Assembly: GCA_036985995.1 (NCBI GenBank)
Contig: BTQS01000003.1
Span: 1 to 38,069 of the forward strand
DNA: 38,069 bases
Direction: 5' to 3'
Origin: Acidimicrobiia bacterium
GTDB lineage: Bacteria; Actinomycetota; Acidimicrobiia; Spongiisociales; UBA5794
Shown here: positions 18,927 to 27,931 of the stretch, piece after piece
How the letters are laid out: every line of letters begins with the position of its first letter
Numbering within the stretch: position 1 is the first letter of the stretch
Notes under the pieces: generated by a model
Told to the model about the DNA's origin: nothing
Database searches by the model: none
What the model saw: only the letters and a program-made list of their open reading frames with translations
Position numbers and translations under genes: made by a program

Positions 18927-19637
18927 TCAGCTATCGCGAAACGAGCGTCGTATCTTCCATACGCCACTGACGGTCCTTGGCACCCGTTTCACGAGGTTCG
19001 ACTTGGACTCTCGGAGCTCTTCAACCGATGCTGGTAGCTCCGAGATGCGATATCCGGCCCGCTCGGCCCGGACCACGAGTTCGGTGTCGAACAAGTCCGT
19101 GCTCGAAATGACGTGCGGGACGATGTCGTCGACGACGGTCTTACGAACAAGCTTCATTCCGTGGGTGTCTGAAACGCCCGAAGAGAGAACAAATCTGAGG
19201 ATCTGGTTGAACATCCACGTGGCGAACCTGCGGATCGAGCTGCGACGGTCGTCCGCGCCTTCGACTCGTTTGGAAGCCAGCACGATGTCGGCGGAATCGG
19301 CCAGTACAAGAGCATCATTGAGGAAGCTGGCTGAGAAGTAGTCGATGTCGAAGTTTGCTACCCACGCGGTGTCGGCACGGAGAAAGCCCTCTCGCATCGC
19401 GGCGCCGTAGTCCGGAGTTGGTAGCTCGAGCAACCTGAGGTTCCGGTAGGTCGGCATCACATCTCGCACGAGGTCAGCGGTGCGATCCGTTGAACCGTTC
19501 TCAACGACAAGGACTGAGATATTGGCGTCGACCGTTTCGAGTTCATCGAACAGTCGAGGCAGCGCTCCGGGAAGGAACGATGCTTCGTTGTGGACGGGGA
19601 TGACCACCGTGACGGTGGGTCGGGTCGAATCGGCCAT
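18927..19637 (-). CDS. GT2 polyprenol-phosphate glycosyltransferase (DPM/GtrB-like)
   Basis: VVIPVHNE, ENGSTDRT, YGAA..EG, DID (DxD), SDTHGMK, FDTEL; ATG 19637 with TACACT upstream. Confidence 0.88.
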   Translation of the reverse strand: MADSTRPTVTVVIPVHNEASFLPGALPRLFDELETVDANISVLVVENGSTDRTADLVRDVMPTYRNLRLLELPTPDYGAAMREGFLRADTAWVANFDIDYFSASFLNDALVLADSADIVLASKRVEGADDRRSSIRRFATWMFNQILRFVLSSGVSDTHGMKLVRKTVVDDIVPHVISSTDLFDTELVVRAERAGYRISELPASVEELRESKSNLVKRVPRTVSGVWKIRRSFRDS

Positions 19638-19718
19638 GAAGCGGCAAGTGTAGGAACGGATCGGGGGTTCGAGCAGGTGCCAGGATGTCGCACATCTGCT
19701 GCCGTAGACTCGGTGCGA

Positions 19719-21056
19719 ATGGATCTCTCCAACATCATCAAGGCCTACGACGTACGCGGCGTCGTTCCGGACGAACTCGACGAGGACATCGCAACTCGAA
19801 TCGGTGCCGCGTTCGCGGCGTTCGTCGACGCTGACGAGGTGATTGTCGGCCACGACTGCCGGGTGTCGTCACCCGCGATACGAGAAGCATTGATCGATGG
19901 CATCACAAGCCGGGGTGTCAACGTGCGCCTCATCGGGGAGATTCCGACCGACATGCTCTACTACGCATCCGGGTCCCTTTCGCTCCCTGGCGTGGTTATC
20001 ACCGCCTCGCACAACCCATCGCAATACAACGGCCTCAAGTTCTGCCAGCCTGGCGCCGCACCGATCGGTGCCGACACAGGTCTACAAGACATCAGACGGA
20101 TGGCAGAGCACGGCTTGTCGCCAACGGACCGAATCGGTTTGGTCGTATCTGAGGACGTTGTCGCCGGATACCTCGACCACGTCATCGCTGCGACGGGCGC
20201 CTCAGGGATAACTGGTCTCACGGTTGCCGCTGACGGAGGGAACGGCATGGCCGGTGCAGTGCTGCCTCAGGTGTTCGATCGCATCGATGCCGATCTGATT
20301 GGTCTGTACCTTGAACCCGATGGGATGTTTCCCAACCATCCGGCCGACCCGCTTCGACCTGAGAACCTGGTCGACCTTGTCAACCTCGTCAACGAACGAA
20401 AGCCTGACCTCGGGGTTGCGTTCGACGGTGATGCCGACCGGGCTTTCTTCATCGACGACAGCAGCGTGCCACTGCCGGGATCCACGACCACAGCGATCAT
20501 CGCCGACTGGTTCCTCGCGGAACACCCAGCGAGCGCAGTTGTTCACAACCTCATCTGCTCCAAGGCAGTGCCCGAAACGATCGAAGCGGCAGGTGGTTTG
20601 CCGATTCGCACGAAGGTCGGTCACTCGTACATCAAACAGGTGATGGCAGAGTCCGGTGCCATATTCGGAGGGGAGCACTCCGGCCACTACTACTTCAGGG
20701 ACAACTACAGGGCGGATTCGGGGATCATGGCGATGCTCGTGTTGCTGCGCGTGTTGACCGAGGCCCGTGTCCCGCTTTCCGAGTTGCGCAAGCGGTACGA
20801 GCCGTATGCCCAGTCGGGTGAGATCAACTTTGACGTGGCCGACAAAGCGGCGGCCGATGCGGCTGTGGAGCGTGCGTTCGAGGACTACTCGATCGATCGC
20901 CTCGATGGGCTGACCGTGGACCTGGAAGACCGGTGGTTCAACCTGCGGCCTTCGAATACCGAACCGGTTCTGCGTCTCAACGTCGAAGGCCCGAACGAAG
21001 AGGCGGTTGACGACCTGGTCGAACAGGTGGCCGCGATCATCAAGGAGGAGTCATGA
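19719..21056 (+). CDS. manB: Phosphomannomutase/phosphoglucomutase
   Basis: KAYDVRG, TASHNP, FDGDADR, GEHSGH, RPSNTEP; ATG 19719 preceded by TAGACT. Confidence 0.94.
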   Translation: MDLSNIIKAYDVRGVVPDELDEDIATRIGAAFAAFVDADEVIVGHDCRVSSPAIREALIDGITSRGVNVRLIGEIPTDMLYYASGSLSLPGVVITASHNPSQYNGLKFCQPGAAPIGADTGLQDIRRMAEHGLSPTDRIGLVVSEDVVAGYLDHVIAATGASGITGLTVAADGGNGMAGAVLPQVFDRIDADLIGLYLEPDGMFPNHPADPLRPENLVDLVNLVNERKPDLGVAFDGDADRAFFIDDSSVPLPGSTTTAIIADWFLAEHPASAVVHNLICSKAVPETIEAAGGLPIRTKVGHSYIKQVMAESGAIFGGEHSGHYYFRDNYRADSGIMAMLVLLRVLTEARVPLSELRKRYEPYAQSGEINFDVADKAAADAAVERAFEDYSIDRLDGLTVDLEDRWFNLRPSNTEPVLRLNVEGPNEEAVDDLVEQVAAIIKEES

Positions 21057-21220
21057 CGGACGACACGCTCATTTCTCCCGAGTTGCTTGCAATCATGCAG
21101 TGTCCCAGGTGCGCTGGAGAGCTCGCCGAGCAGACGGATCCCCCTGCACTGGTGTGCCAGGACTGCGGACACGCCTATCCGGTCGTGGATGGGATTCCGA
21201 ACATGATCGTCGACGACTGA
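21053..21220 (+). CDS. Trm112 family small zinc protein (55 aa)
   Basis: Not in the ORF track; manual translation MTDDTLISPELLAIMQCPRCAGELAEQTDPPALVCQDCGHAYPVVDGIPNMIVDD; AAGGAGG SD and ATGA overlap with the pmm stop. Confidence 0.88.
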   Translation: MTDDTLISPELLAIMQCPRCAGELAEQTDPPALVCQDCGHAYPVVDGIPNMIVDD

Positions 21221-21244
21221 CTCTCGGAGGAGAGCGTTTCGTTC

Positions 21245-21634
21245 CTACGGGGAAGTTGTTCCTTCACGCGCGTAGTCGTCCTCGAGGCGGACCACATCGT
21301 CGACCTCAGGGGTCGCGACCTCGATGATGTCGACGTCACCTTCGGCCGGCGCTTCGAACCGGTGGACCTCGCCGGCCAGAATGTCGGCCGCTTCGCCCGG
21401 GCCGATCTCGAGGATACGCGCTTCGTCGCCGTGCCCGAGCTGCAGCAGGAGCGTTCCGGTGAGCACGAAGACAGACTCGCGTTTCGTCTCGTGGTACTGG
21501 AGGCTGAGTCTCTTGCCGGCGTTCACATGGATCTTCTTGCCCGTGTAGAAGGGTGTCTCGCTCCAGATGAGCTCGTAGCCCCACGGCTTGTCCACGCGTC
21601 TTGCCATGGCAGCCAGCGTAGTGGTGGTCGTCAT
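21245..21634 (-). CDS. Stand-alone cupin resembling the type II mannose-6-phosphate isomerase C-terminal domain
   Basis: VDKPWG, LSLQYH..KRE, VHR, DDVVRLEDDYAR. Confidence 0.8.
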   Translation of the reverse strand: MTTTTTLAAMARRVDKPWGYELIWSETPFYTGKKIHVNAGKRLSLQYHETKRESVFVLTGTLLLQLGHGDEARILEIGPGEAADILAGEVHRFEAPAEGDVDIIEVATPEVDDVVRLEDDYAREGTTSP

Positions 21635-22413
21635 CTGAACATGCCCGCAGGACGCCCCTCACCGGGGGGACCGGCGAATGCCTGCGCGAGTGACATCCAC
21701 TGCTCGGCGAGATGACCGGTGATTTCCAGGGCCGTGTCCGAGACGTGCCTCCGCTGGGTGACGACCAGACAGAAGTCCTGTGCATCTCCACTCACGATGT
21801 TCTCCGCGGCGTCCACATTCCACTCCCATTGGCCGCCCGACGGTGCGGTGAGGCTGACGCGCACAACCCCGGTTGGTGCTTTGAGCCCGTTGATGGTGAA
21901 GCTCCAGCCCATCGTCCTTACCCCCAGAAAGGCGATGTGTCTGAGCCGATCCGTGGGTGACCGCTCGATCTTGAGACCATCGACGATGTCCTGTCCGTGC
22001 GCCCAGGTCTCCATGAGCCTTGCGGTTGCGAAGCTCCGTGCCGACATGGATGGTCCGTACCAGGCAAGCCTTGCAGACGGATCGAGTGGATCAAGCGCAT
22101 CGAGCATCGCGGAGCGGCCCCGTCGCCAATGAGACAGAATCTCGCCTGGTGTGGACTGCCGCGCGAGCTCGAGATGAGATGTCATGAACCCGTCGATGTC
22201 TTCTGACGCGGCTTGGATGCCTGCGAGAAATGCATCTGGATCCACGATCGCCTCAGCGGCCCTTTCATCGAAGAAGGTGAGATGACCGATCTGGTCGCGA
22301 ACGTTCCAACCTGACGCCGGTGTTGGCGCGCTCCACGCGTCGTCATCGATCCTCGAAACAACGTCGTCAAGACAGTCTTGCTCAGCCCGGAGGTCCGAGA
22401 CGATCTGTTTCAC
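21631..22413 (-). CDS. TIGR03084-like metal-binding protein (DinB/MDMPI N-terminal superfamily)
   Basis: TPASGWNVRDQIGHL, WYGPSMS...ARLMETWAHGQD, FCLVVTQRRH, AQAFAGPPG; GTGA-coupled start (alternative ATG 22431). Confidence 0.85.
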   Translation of the reverse strand: MKQIVSDLRAEQDCLDDVVSRIDDDAWSAPTPASGWNVRDQIGHLTFFDERAAEAIVDPDAFLAGIQAASEDIDGFMTSHLELARQSTPGEILSHWRRGRSAMLDALDPLDPSARLAWYGPSMSARSFATARLMETWAHGQDIVDGLKIERSPTDRLRHIAFLGVRTMGWSFTINGLKAPTGVVRVSLTAPSGGQWEWNVDAAENIVSGDAQDFCLVVTQRRHVSDTALEITGHLAEQWMSLAQAFAGPPGEGRPAGMFR

Positions 22414-23603
22414 GTGTTCGCCCTGCGCCATTCGTTGTTGAGTTCCTCGGCAATGATCATGCGGCGGACTTCCTGGGTTCCTGCGCCGATCTCGTAGAGT
22501 TTCGCGGCTCTGTAGATCCGGTTGATCTCGGACTCCCACATGTACCCAGACCCACCAAAGATCTGAAGACCGTCCGCAGTGATTCTTGCAAGCTGATCGG
22601 CTCCAAAGAGAGCCACCGCCGCGGCGAGCTTGTGGATGTCGCCCCGACCGCCGCCTCCGATCTCGAGATCCTCCGTTGCCGTGAGCGCTCGATACGTGAA
22701 CGTGCGCATCGCCTCGAGCGACGCGTACATGTCAGCGAGTTTCGCCTGGATCATCTGGAAGTCCGCGATCGGGCGACCGAACTGTTCGCGGTTGTTCGCA
22801 TAGTCGACGGATAGCTCGAGGCATCGTTCGGCAAGACCTACGGCGCCGGTGGCGAGGTACACACGCTCGATGTCGAGGCCGCTCATTGTCACCGCAACAC
22901 CTCGGTTCTCCTCGCTAAGAAGGTTCTCCGCGGGAACGACGCAGTTATCGAAGACGATCTCGCCGGTTTGGCTTCCGCGGTACCCCATCTTCGTGAGCTT
23001 CTGGGCAACCCTGTATCCCGGGAACGCGGACTCCACGATGAATGCTGAGATCCCGTGTGCGCCGGCCTCAGAGTTCGTCTTGGCGTAGACGAGGACGACG
23101 TCGGCGATCGGACCGTTCGTGATGAACATCTTGGAACCGTTCAAGATGTAGGTATCTCCGTCGCGGGCCGCTGTCGTGGCCATAGAGCCAAGGGCGTCTG
23201 ATCCGGCGCCGGGTTCGGTGAGTCCGAGCGCACCGACGAGTTCGCCCGAGCTGAGACCCGGTAGGTACTGCTTGCGCTGTTCCTCGTTTCCGTTGCGGTA
23301 TATGTTGTTCGCACACAGGTTGTCGTGTGCTCCGACGGAGAGCGCGACCGCATGGTTCCACTTCGCATAGGCCTGACCGACGAGCCCAGCCTGAAAGAGG
23401 CCCATGCCCTGGCCGCCATACTCGCTCGGGATCGTCAGGCCGAGCTGCCCGTGGCTGCCGAGCATCGGGAACAGATCCTCCGGCCACCACTCCTCGTCGT
23501 CCATCCGCTGAGAGAGGGGATAGAGCTTGTCTCTGGCGAATCGCTCAGCCTCATCGAGGATCAGACGATCCTCTGCGTTGAGATCGAAGTCCCTGGTTTC
23601 CAT
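22410..23603 (-). CDS. Acyl-CoA dehydrogenase, isovaleryl-CoA dehydrogenase-like
   Basis: GALGLTEPGAGSD, NGSKMFITNGP, KMGYRGS, REQFG..I..FQ, YEIGAGTQEVRR; AGAGGG SD before ATG 23603. Confidence 0.92.
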   Translation of the reverse strand: METRDFDLNAEDRLILDEAERFARDKLYPLSQRMDDEEWWPEDLFPMLGSHGQLGLTIPSEYGGQGMGLFQAGLVGQAYAKWNHAVALSVGAHDNLCANNIYRNGNEEQRKQYLPGLSSGELVGALGLTEPGAGSDALGSMATTAARDGDTYILNGSKMFITNGPIADVVLVYAKTNSEAGAHGISAFIVESAFPGYRVAQKLTKMGYRGSQTGEIVFDNCVVPAENLLSEENRGVAVTMSGLDIERVYLATGAVGLAERCLELSVDYANNREQFGRPIADFQMIQAKLADMYASLEAMRTFTYRALTATEDLEIGGGGRGDIHKLAAAVALFGADQLARITADGLQIFGGSGYMWESEINRIYRAAKLYEIGAGTQEVRRMIIAEELNNEWRRANT

Positions 23604-23622
23604 CTGCCCTCTCTGGTCGACG

Positions 23623-23641
23623 CGGTGAATCATACTCACCG
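23623..23641. promoter_or_regulatory. Putative TetR operator 1: CGGTGAAT-CAT-ACTCACCG
   Basis: Imperfect palindrome in the divergent promoter region; shares its core with operator 2. Confidence 0.65.
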
Positions 23642-23691
23642 GAAATACACCGTGCGATATTGGAACCACAGTGTGTAGTCTGGGCAAAGCT

Positions 23692-24378
23692 ATGGTGCGA
23701 CGTGAATCACATTCACTCGAGCAGGACCGACCTGCGAGCGAACGATCGATCGAGATCGTTGATGCTGCGCGGACGCTGTTCGCCGAGAAGGGTTTTGACG
23801 GAACATCGATCAGTGAAATCGCGGGATCCGTCGGTGTTGCGGATGGGGCCATCTACAAACACTTTGTATCGAAGCGGGCGCTGCTGTTCGAAGTCATCCG
23901 TGGGTTCTATGAACCGGTGATCGATCTTGCGAGTGAAACGGTCAGAGGCATTCCAGACGTACGCGGGCGTCTCCGCTATCTGATCTGGCTTCAGCTTCGT
24001 GCCTTTGCCGAGGAGCCGGAAGTGTGCAGGCTCATCATCGCGGAAGCTCGTCCGATGCACGACTACTACGAGTCCGAGGTCGCAGATCTCAACAGACGTT
24101 GGACCTCGTTGCTTGTTGAGGTGATCAGGGATGGCCAGTCGGATGACACGTTCCGTCCCGACATTCCAGCCACGATGATTCGTGATCTCGTGTATGGCGG
24201 CATCGAGCACATCGCGTGGGGTGCGGCGACGGGTCATGGAGAGATCGATGTGGACACCGTTGCTGATGAACTCATGCGATTGGTCTGTCAGGGCATCGAA
24301 GCGAGATCACGAGAAGGCACGGAACTCGATGCCAGAGTGGCGAGGCTCGAGGGTCTGGTCGAGGATGCTCGATCATGA
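23692..24378 (+). CDS. TetR/AcrR family transcriptional regulator
   Basis: AARTLFAEKGFDGTSISEIAGSVGVADGAIYKHFVSK HTH; ATG 23692 downstream of TAGTCT. Confidence 0.92.
   Translation: MVRRESHSLEQDRPASERSIEIVDAARTLFAEKGFDGTSISEIAGSVGVADGAIYKHFVSKRALLFEVIRGFYEPVIDLASETVRGIPDVRGRLRYLIWLQLRAFAEEPEVCRLIIAEARPMHDYYESEVADLNRRWTSLLVEVIRDGQSDDTFRPDIPATMIRDLVYGGIEHIAWGAATGHGEIDVDTVADELMRLVCQGIEARSREGTELDARVARLEGLVEDARS
23702..23716. promoter_or_regulatory. Putative TetR operator 2: GTGAAT-CAC-ATTCAC
   Basis: Perfect palindrome within the first codons of tetR. Confidence 0.65.
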
Positions 24379-25973
24379 CCGTTCTTCGTACCTCTATCGA
24401 TACACGTTCGCTCGAGTTCCGGGCGAACGTTGAAGCGATGCGTGAGCACCTCGAGGCTCTTGACGATCTGCTCGCCAGAGCGCTTGCCGGCGGTGGAGAA
24501 AAGTACGTAACGCGCCACCGAAAGCGAGGTAAGTTGCTTGCGCGGGAGCGCATCGAGTTGCTGCTCGATCGAGACGCGCCATTCTTGGAACTGTCACCTG
24601 TTGCGGGGGCGAACACTGAATACAACATCGGTGCGGGCGTCGTGTCGGGTATCGGCGTCATCGAAGGCGTTGAATGTGTGATCGTGGCGAGCGATCCGAC
24701 CGACAAGGGTGGAGCGATCAACCCCATCGGGCTGGCAAAGGGACTCAGGGCTCTCGAGATAGCCGCCCAGAATCGACTTCCCGTTCTGTACCTCGTTGAG
24801 TCGGCGGGCGGAGACCTTCCGAGACAGATCGACGTGTTCCTTCCGGGTGGTAAGACGTTTCGCGAGCTGACGAGGCTCTCCGCTGAGGGCATTCCGACGA
24901 TCGCTATCGTATTCGGAAGCTCAACGGCTGGTGGGGCGTATCTGCCCGGCATGTCCGACTACACGGTATTCGTCGAGGGTGAAGCGAAGGTCTTCCTCGG
25001 AGGACCCCCTCTCGTGAAGATGGCGACAGGCGAAGAGTCATCAGACGAGGAGCTCGGTGGAGCTCAGATGCACGCTTCGACCTCCGGGCTTGCCGACTTC
25101 ATGGCTGCGGACGAATCCGACGCGATCCGTCTTGGACGCATGCTCGTGTCAAGGCTCAACTGGACCAAGCGCGGGGGAGAGTCGAGCCATCCTGCCGCCG
25201 ATCCGCTCTATGACCTTGAGGAGCTGCTCGGAGTCGCCTCGGCTGATCTCAAAGTCCCGTTCGACGTCACGGAAGTCATCGCGCGCATCGTCGATCGCTC
25301 CGAATTCGACGAGTTCAAACCTCTCTATGGCAAGAATTTGGTCACCGGCTGGGCGCGGATTCATGGTTACGAAATCGGGATCCTGGCCAACCACAGGGGA
25401 GTTCTGTTCTCAGAGGAGTCCCAGAAGGCAGCCCAGTTCATCCAGCTGGCGAACCGGACGGACACGCCGTTGCTTTTCGTGCAGAATGTCACCGGGTTCA
25501 TGGTCGGGGCGAGCTACGAGCAGGGTGGCATCATCAAACACGGCTCGATGATGATCAATGCGGTATCAAACAGCACGGTTCCCCATCTCACGCTCCAGGT
25601 AGGTGGATCATACGGCGCAGGCAACTACGCCATGGCAGGCAGACCGTATGACCCGCGGTTCCTCTTTGTCTGGCCCAATGCCAAGACATGCATCATGGGC
25701 GCCGAACAGCTCGCCGGCACGCTGTCGATCGTGGCAAGAGCTGCAGCCGAGCGCTCGGGAACGGAGTTCGATGACGAGGCTGACGCGCAACGTCGAACGA
25801 TGATCAAGATGAAGATCGAACAGGAAGAGCAAGCGGCCTATCTCAGCGGTCGAGTCCTCGACGATGGGATCATCGACCCAAGAGATACCCGAACCGTGCT
25901 CGGCATCGCTCTGTCGGTGGTGCACTCGGCTGAGGTTTCGGGAACCGACCGCTTCGGCATCTTCAGGATGTGA
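24375..25973 (+). CDS. Acyl-CoA carboxylase carboxyltransferase subunit (AtuC/MccB/AccD2-like)
   Basis: RGKLLARERI, ESAGGDL, STAGGAYLPGMSD, FLGGPPLVKMATGE, GSYGAGNYAM, FGIFRM end. Confidence 0.92.
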   Translation: MTVLRTSIDTRSLEFRANVEAMREHLEALDDLLARALAGGGEKYVTRHRKRGKLLARERIELLLDRDAPFLELSPVAGANTEYNIGAGVVSGIGVIEGVECVIVASDPTDKGGAINPIGLAKGLRALEIAAQNRLPVLYLVESAGGDLPRQIDVFLPGGKTFRELTRLSAEGIPTIAIVFGSSTAGGAYLPGMSDYTVFVEGEAKVFLGGPPLVKMATGEESSDEELGGAQMHASTSGLADFMAADESDAIRLGRMLVSRLNWTKRGGESSHPAADPLYDLEELLGVASADLKVPFDVTEVIARIVDRSEFDEFKPLYGKNLVTGWARIHGYEIGILANHRGVLFSEESQKAAQFIQLANRTDTPLLFVQNVTGFMVGASYEQGGIIKHGSMMINAVSNSTVPHLTLQVGGSYGAGNYAMAGRPYDPRFLFVWPNAKTCIMGAEQLAGTLSIVARAAAERSGTEFDDEADAQRRTMIKMKIEQEEQAAYLSGRVLDDGIIDPRDTRTVLGIALSVVHSAEVSGTDRFGIFRM

Positions 25974-27931
25974 CGCTGATGTTCTCCAAGGTGCTGATCG
26001 CCAATCGTTCCGAAATCGCTCGGCGAGTCATCCGCACCTGTTCGGACATGGGGATCGCTACGGTTGTCGTCTTTTCGGACGACGACGCCTGTGCGCCGTT
26101 CGTCCACGACGCAGGCGAAGCCGTCGCACTGCCTCTCGGATCCTCCTACCTCGATATCGAGTCGATCGTCGAGGCAGCCCTGCTCACGGGAGCCGAGGCG
26201 ATCCACCCCGGTTATGGCTTTCTAGCGGAGAACGCAGATTTCGCAGCAGCCGTGGAGGGCGCAGGTCTCGCATTCATCGGTCCTGCACCTGAAACGGTCG
26301 CATCGATGGGTTCGAAGCTCCACGCCAGGGCGTTGGTGGATCGCACTGGGGTGCCCGTCCTGCGAATCGCCGAGCTCGGCGATGGTAGAGATGCCGCCGA
26401 CGCGGCGGATGAGGTCGGGTACCCCGTGCTGGTGAAGGCCGCAAGTGGTGGCGGTGGGAAGGGTATGCGCATCGTCGCTGATCCGGGAGACCTCCGCGTT
26501 TGCATAGAGAGTGCAACGAGGGAGTCCGAGTCTGCGTTCGGGGACGGCACGGTCTACCTCGAACACTTCGTCGAGAATTCGAGGCATATCGAGGTTCAGA
26601 TCTTCGGGGACGGTGCGGGCAACGTCATCCATCTCTACGAGCGCGAATGCTCCGTTCAGCGAAGGTTCCAGAAGGTCGTCGAAGAATCACCGAGTCCCGA
26701 TCTCGACCCTCGGCTGCGAGAAGAACTCTGGAAGGCTGCGACCACCGTTGGCGAAGCTGTCGATTATCGGGGTGCGGGCACGGTCGAATTCATCATGGAT
26801 CCCTCTGGAGCCTTTGCGTTTCTGGAGATGAACACCAGGCTTCAGGTTGAGCATCCTGTCACGGAACTCACCACGGGTATCGACCTCGTTCGCATGCAGC
26901 TCGAGATCGCAGCCGGGGAGCCATTGATCGCTCAGGGGGACATTCCCGTGCAGTCCGGCCACGCGATCGAAGCGAGGCTCAACGCCGAGACACCACGAGA
27001 CGGATACTTGCCCTCAACGGGGACGGTTCACCGGTTCTCAGTGCCCGGCGGCGTGAGAGTCGACACCGGAATCGAGGATGGCGCCGTGATCTCCCATCAC
27101 TACGACCCGATGGTCGCCAAAGTCATCGCCCATGCTCCTTCGAGGGCCGAAGCCGCTGCCCGTCTCGCACATGCCCTGCGTCGGAGCTGTATCCACGGCG
27201 TCGATACCAACCGGGATCTTCTCGTACGAATACTTGGAGACAAGGAGTTCCTCGACGGGGCCGTGGATACTCGCTTTCTCGAGCGGAAGAGTGAAATCCT
27301 CACCGAACCTCTCGTGACCCACGAGGCGGTGCGAATACTTTCAGCGGTAGCCGCGCTGGCAATCCAGGACTCGAATCGAAAGCAGGCGCCTGTGCTTGCA
27401 TCGATTCCCTCTGGATGGCGCAACGTGCCGTTTCAGCCCCAGATGCTGTCCTTGAATCACGGCGCCGATGCCATCACCGTGACCTACCGGATCCACGGCA
27501 GCAGAGTTGATGTGACGGTTGACGGCCATGACCTCGCGATCGACGCTGTGCACGACCTGAGTCCCGATTCGGTTGATCTGTCGATCGACGGCGTGCGGCG
27601 CGTGTTCCTGGTGAACGTCGTTGAACAAGACGTGTACGTTGATAGCACCCTCGGCTCTGTTCGGCTCACCACATCTCCGAGGTTTCCCGAGGCAGACACG
27701 GTGACCGGAACCGGAGCGATGATCGCGAGGACTCCCGGCACCGTCGTCGATGTTCCCGTCGCCCCCGGTGACATGGTCATGGCCGGTGACACGGTGATGG
27801 TCGTTGAAGCGATGAAGATGGAGCAGGCCATCACAGCACCCGTTGCCGGTCGCGTGTCGATCGTTCACTTCAGCGTTGGCGACCAGGTCGATGCCGGAGC
27901 TGTGCTCGTCGAGGTACTAAGCGATGAGTGA
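25970..27931 (+). CDS. Biotin carboxylase/BCCP subunit (AtuF/MccA/AccA2-like)
   Basis: IANRSEIA, HPGYGFLAEN, GGGGKGMR, ERECSVQRR, EMNTRLQVEHPVTE, EAMKM. Confidence 0.93.
   Translation: MTLMFSKVLIANRSEIARRVIRTCSDMGIATVVVFSDDDACAPFVHDAGEAVALPLGSSYLDIESIVEAALLTGAEAIHPGYGFLAENADFAAAVEGAGLAFIGPAPETVASMGSKLHARALVDRTGVPVLRIAELGDGRDAADAADEVGYPVLVKAASGGGGKGMRIVADPGDLRVCIESATRESESAFGDGTVYLEHFVENSRHIEVQIFGDGAGNVIHLYERECSVQRRFQKVVEESPSPDLDPRLREELWKAATTVGEAVDYRGAGTVEFIMDPSGAFAFLEMNTRLQVEHPVTELTTGIDLVRMQLEIAAGEPLIAQGDIPVQSGHAIEARLNAETPRDGYLPSTGTVHRFSVPGGVRVDTGIEDGAVISHHYDPMVAKVIAHAPSRAEAAARLAHALRRSCIHGVDTNRDLLVRILGDKEFLDGAVDTRFLERKSEILTEPLVTHEAVRILSAVAALAIQDSNRKQAPVLASIPSGWRNVPFQPQMLSLNHGADAITVTYRIHGSRVDVTVDGHDLAIDAVHDLSPDSVDLSIDGVRRVFLVNVVEQDVYVDSTLGSVRLTTSPRFPEADTVTGTGAMIARTPGTVVDVPVAPGDMVMAGDTVMVVEAMKMEQAITAPVAGRVSIVHFSVGDQVDAGAVLVEVLSDE

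Noticed and set aside
19655-19705. GGGGGTTCGAG resembling a tRNA T-arm
   Set aside because: No cloverleaf, D-arm or CCA; this is an 81-bp divergent promoter region
19590-19853. Extended overlapping N-termini of pmm and the GT2 gene in the ORF track
   Set aside because: Family motifs begin at ATG 19719 and ATG 19637, each with its own -10 box; the extensions are longest-ORF artefacts
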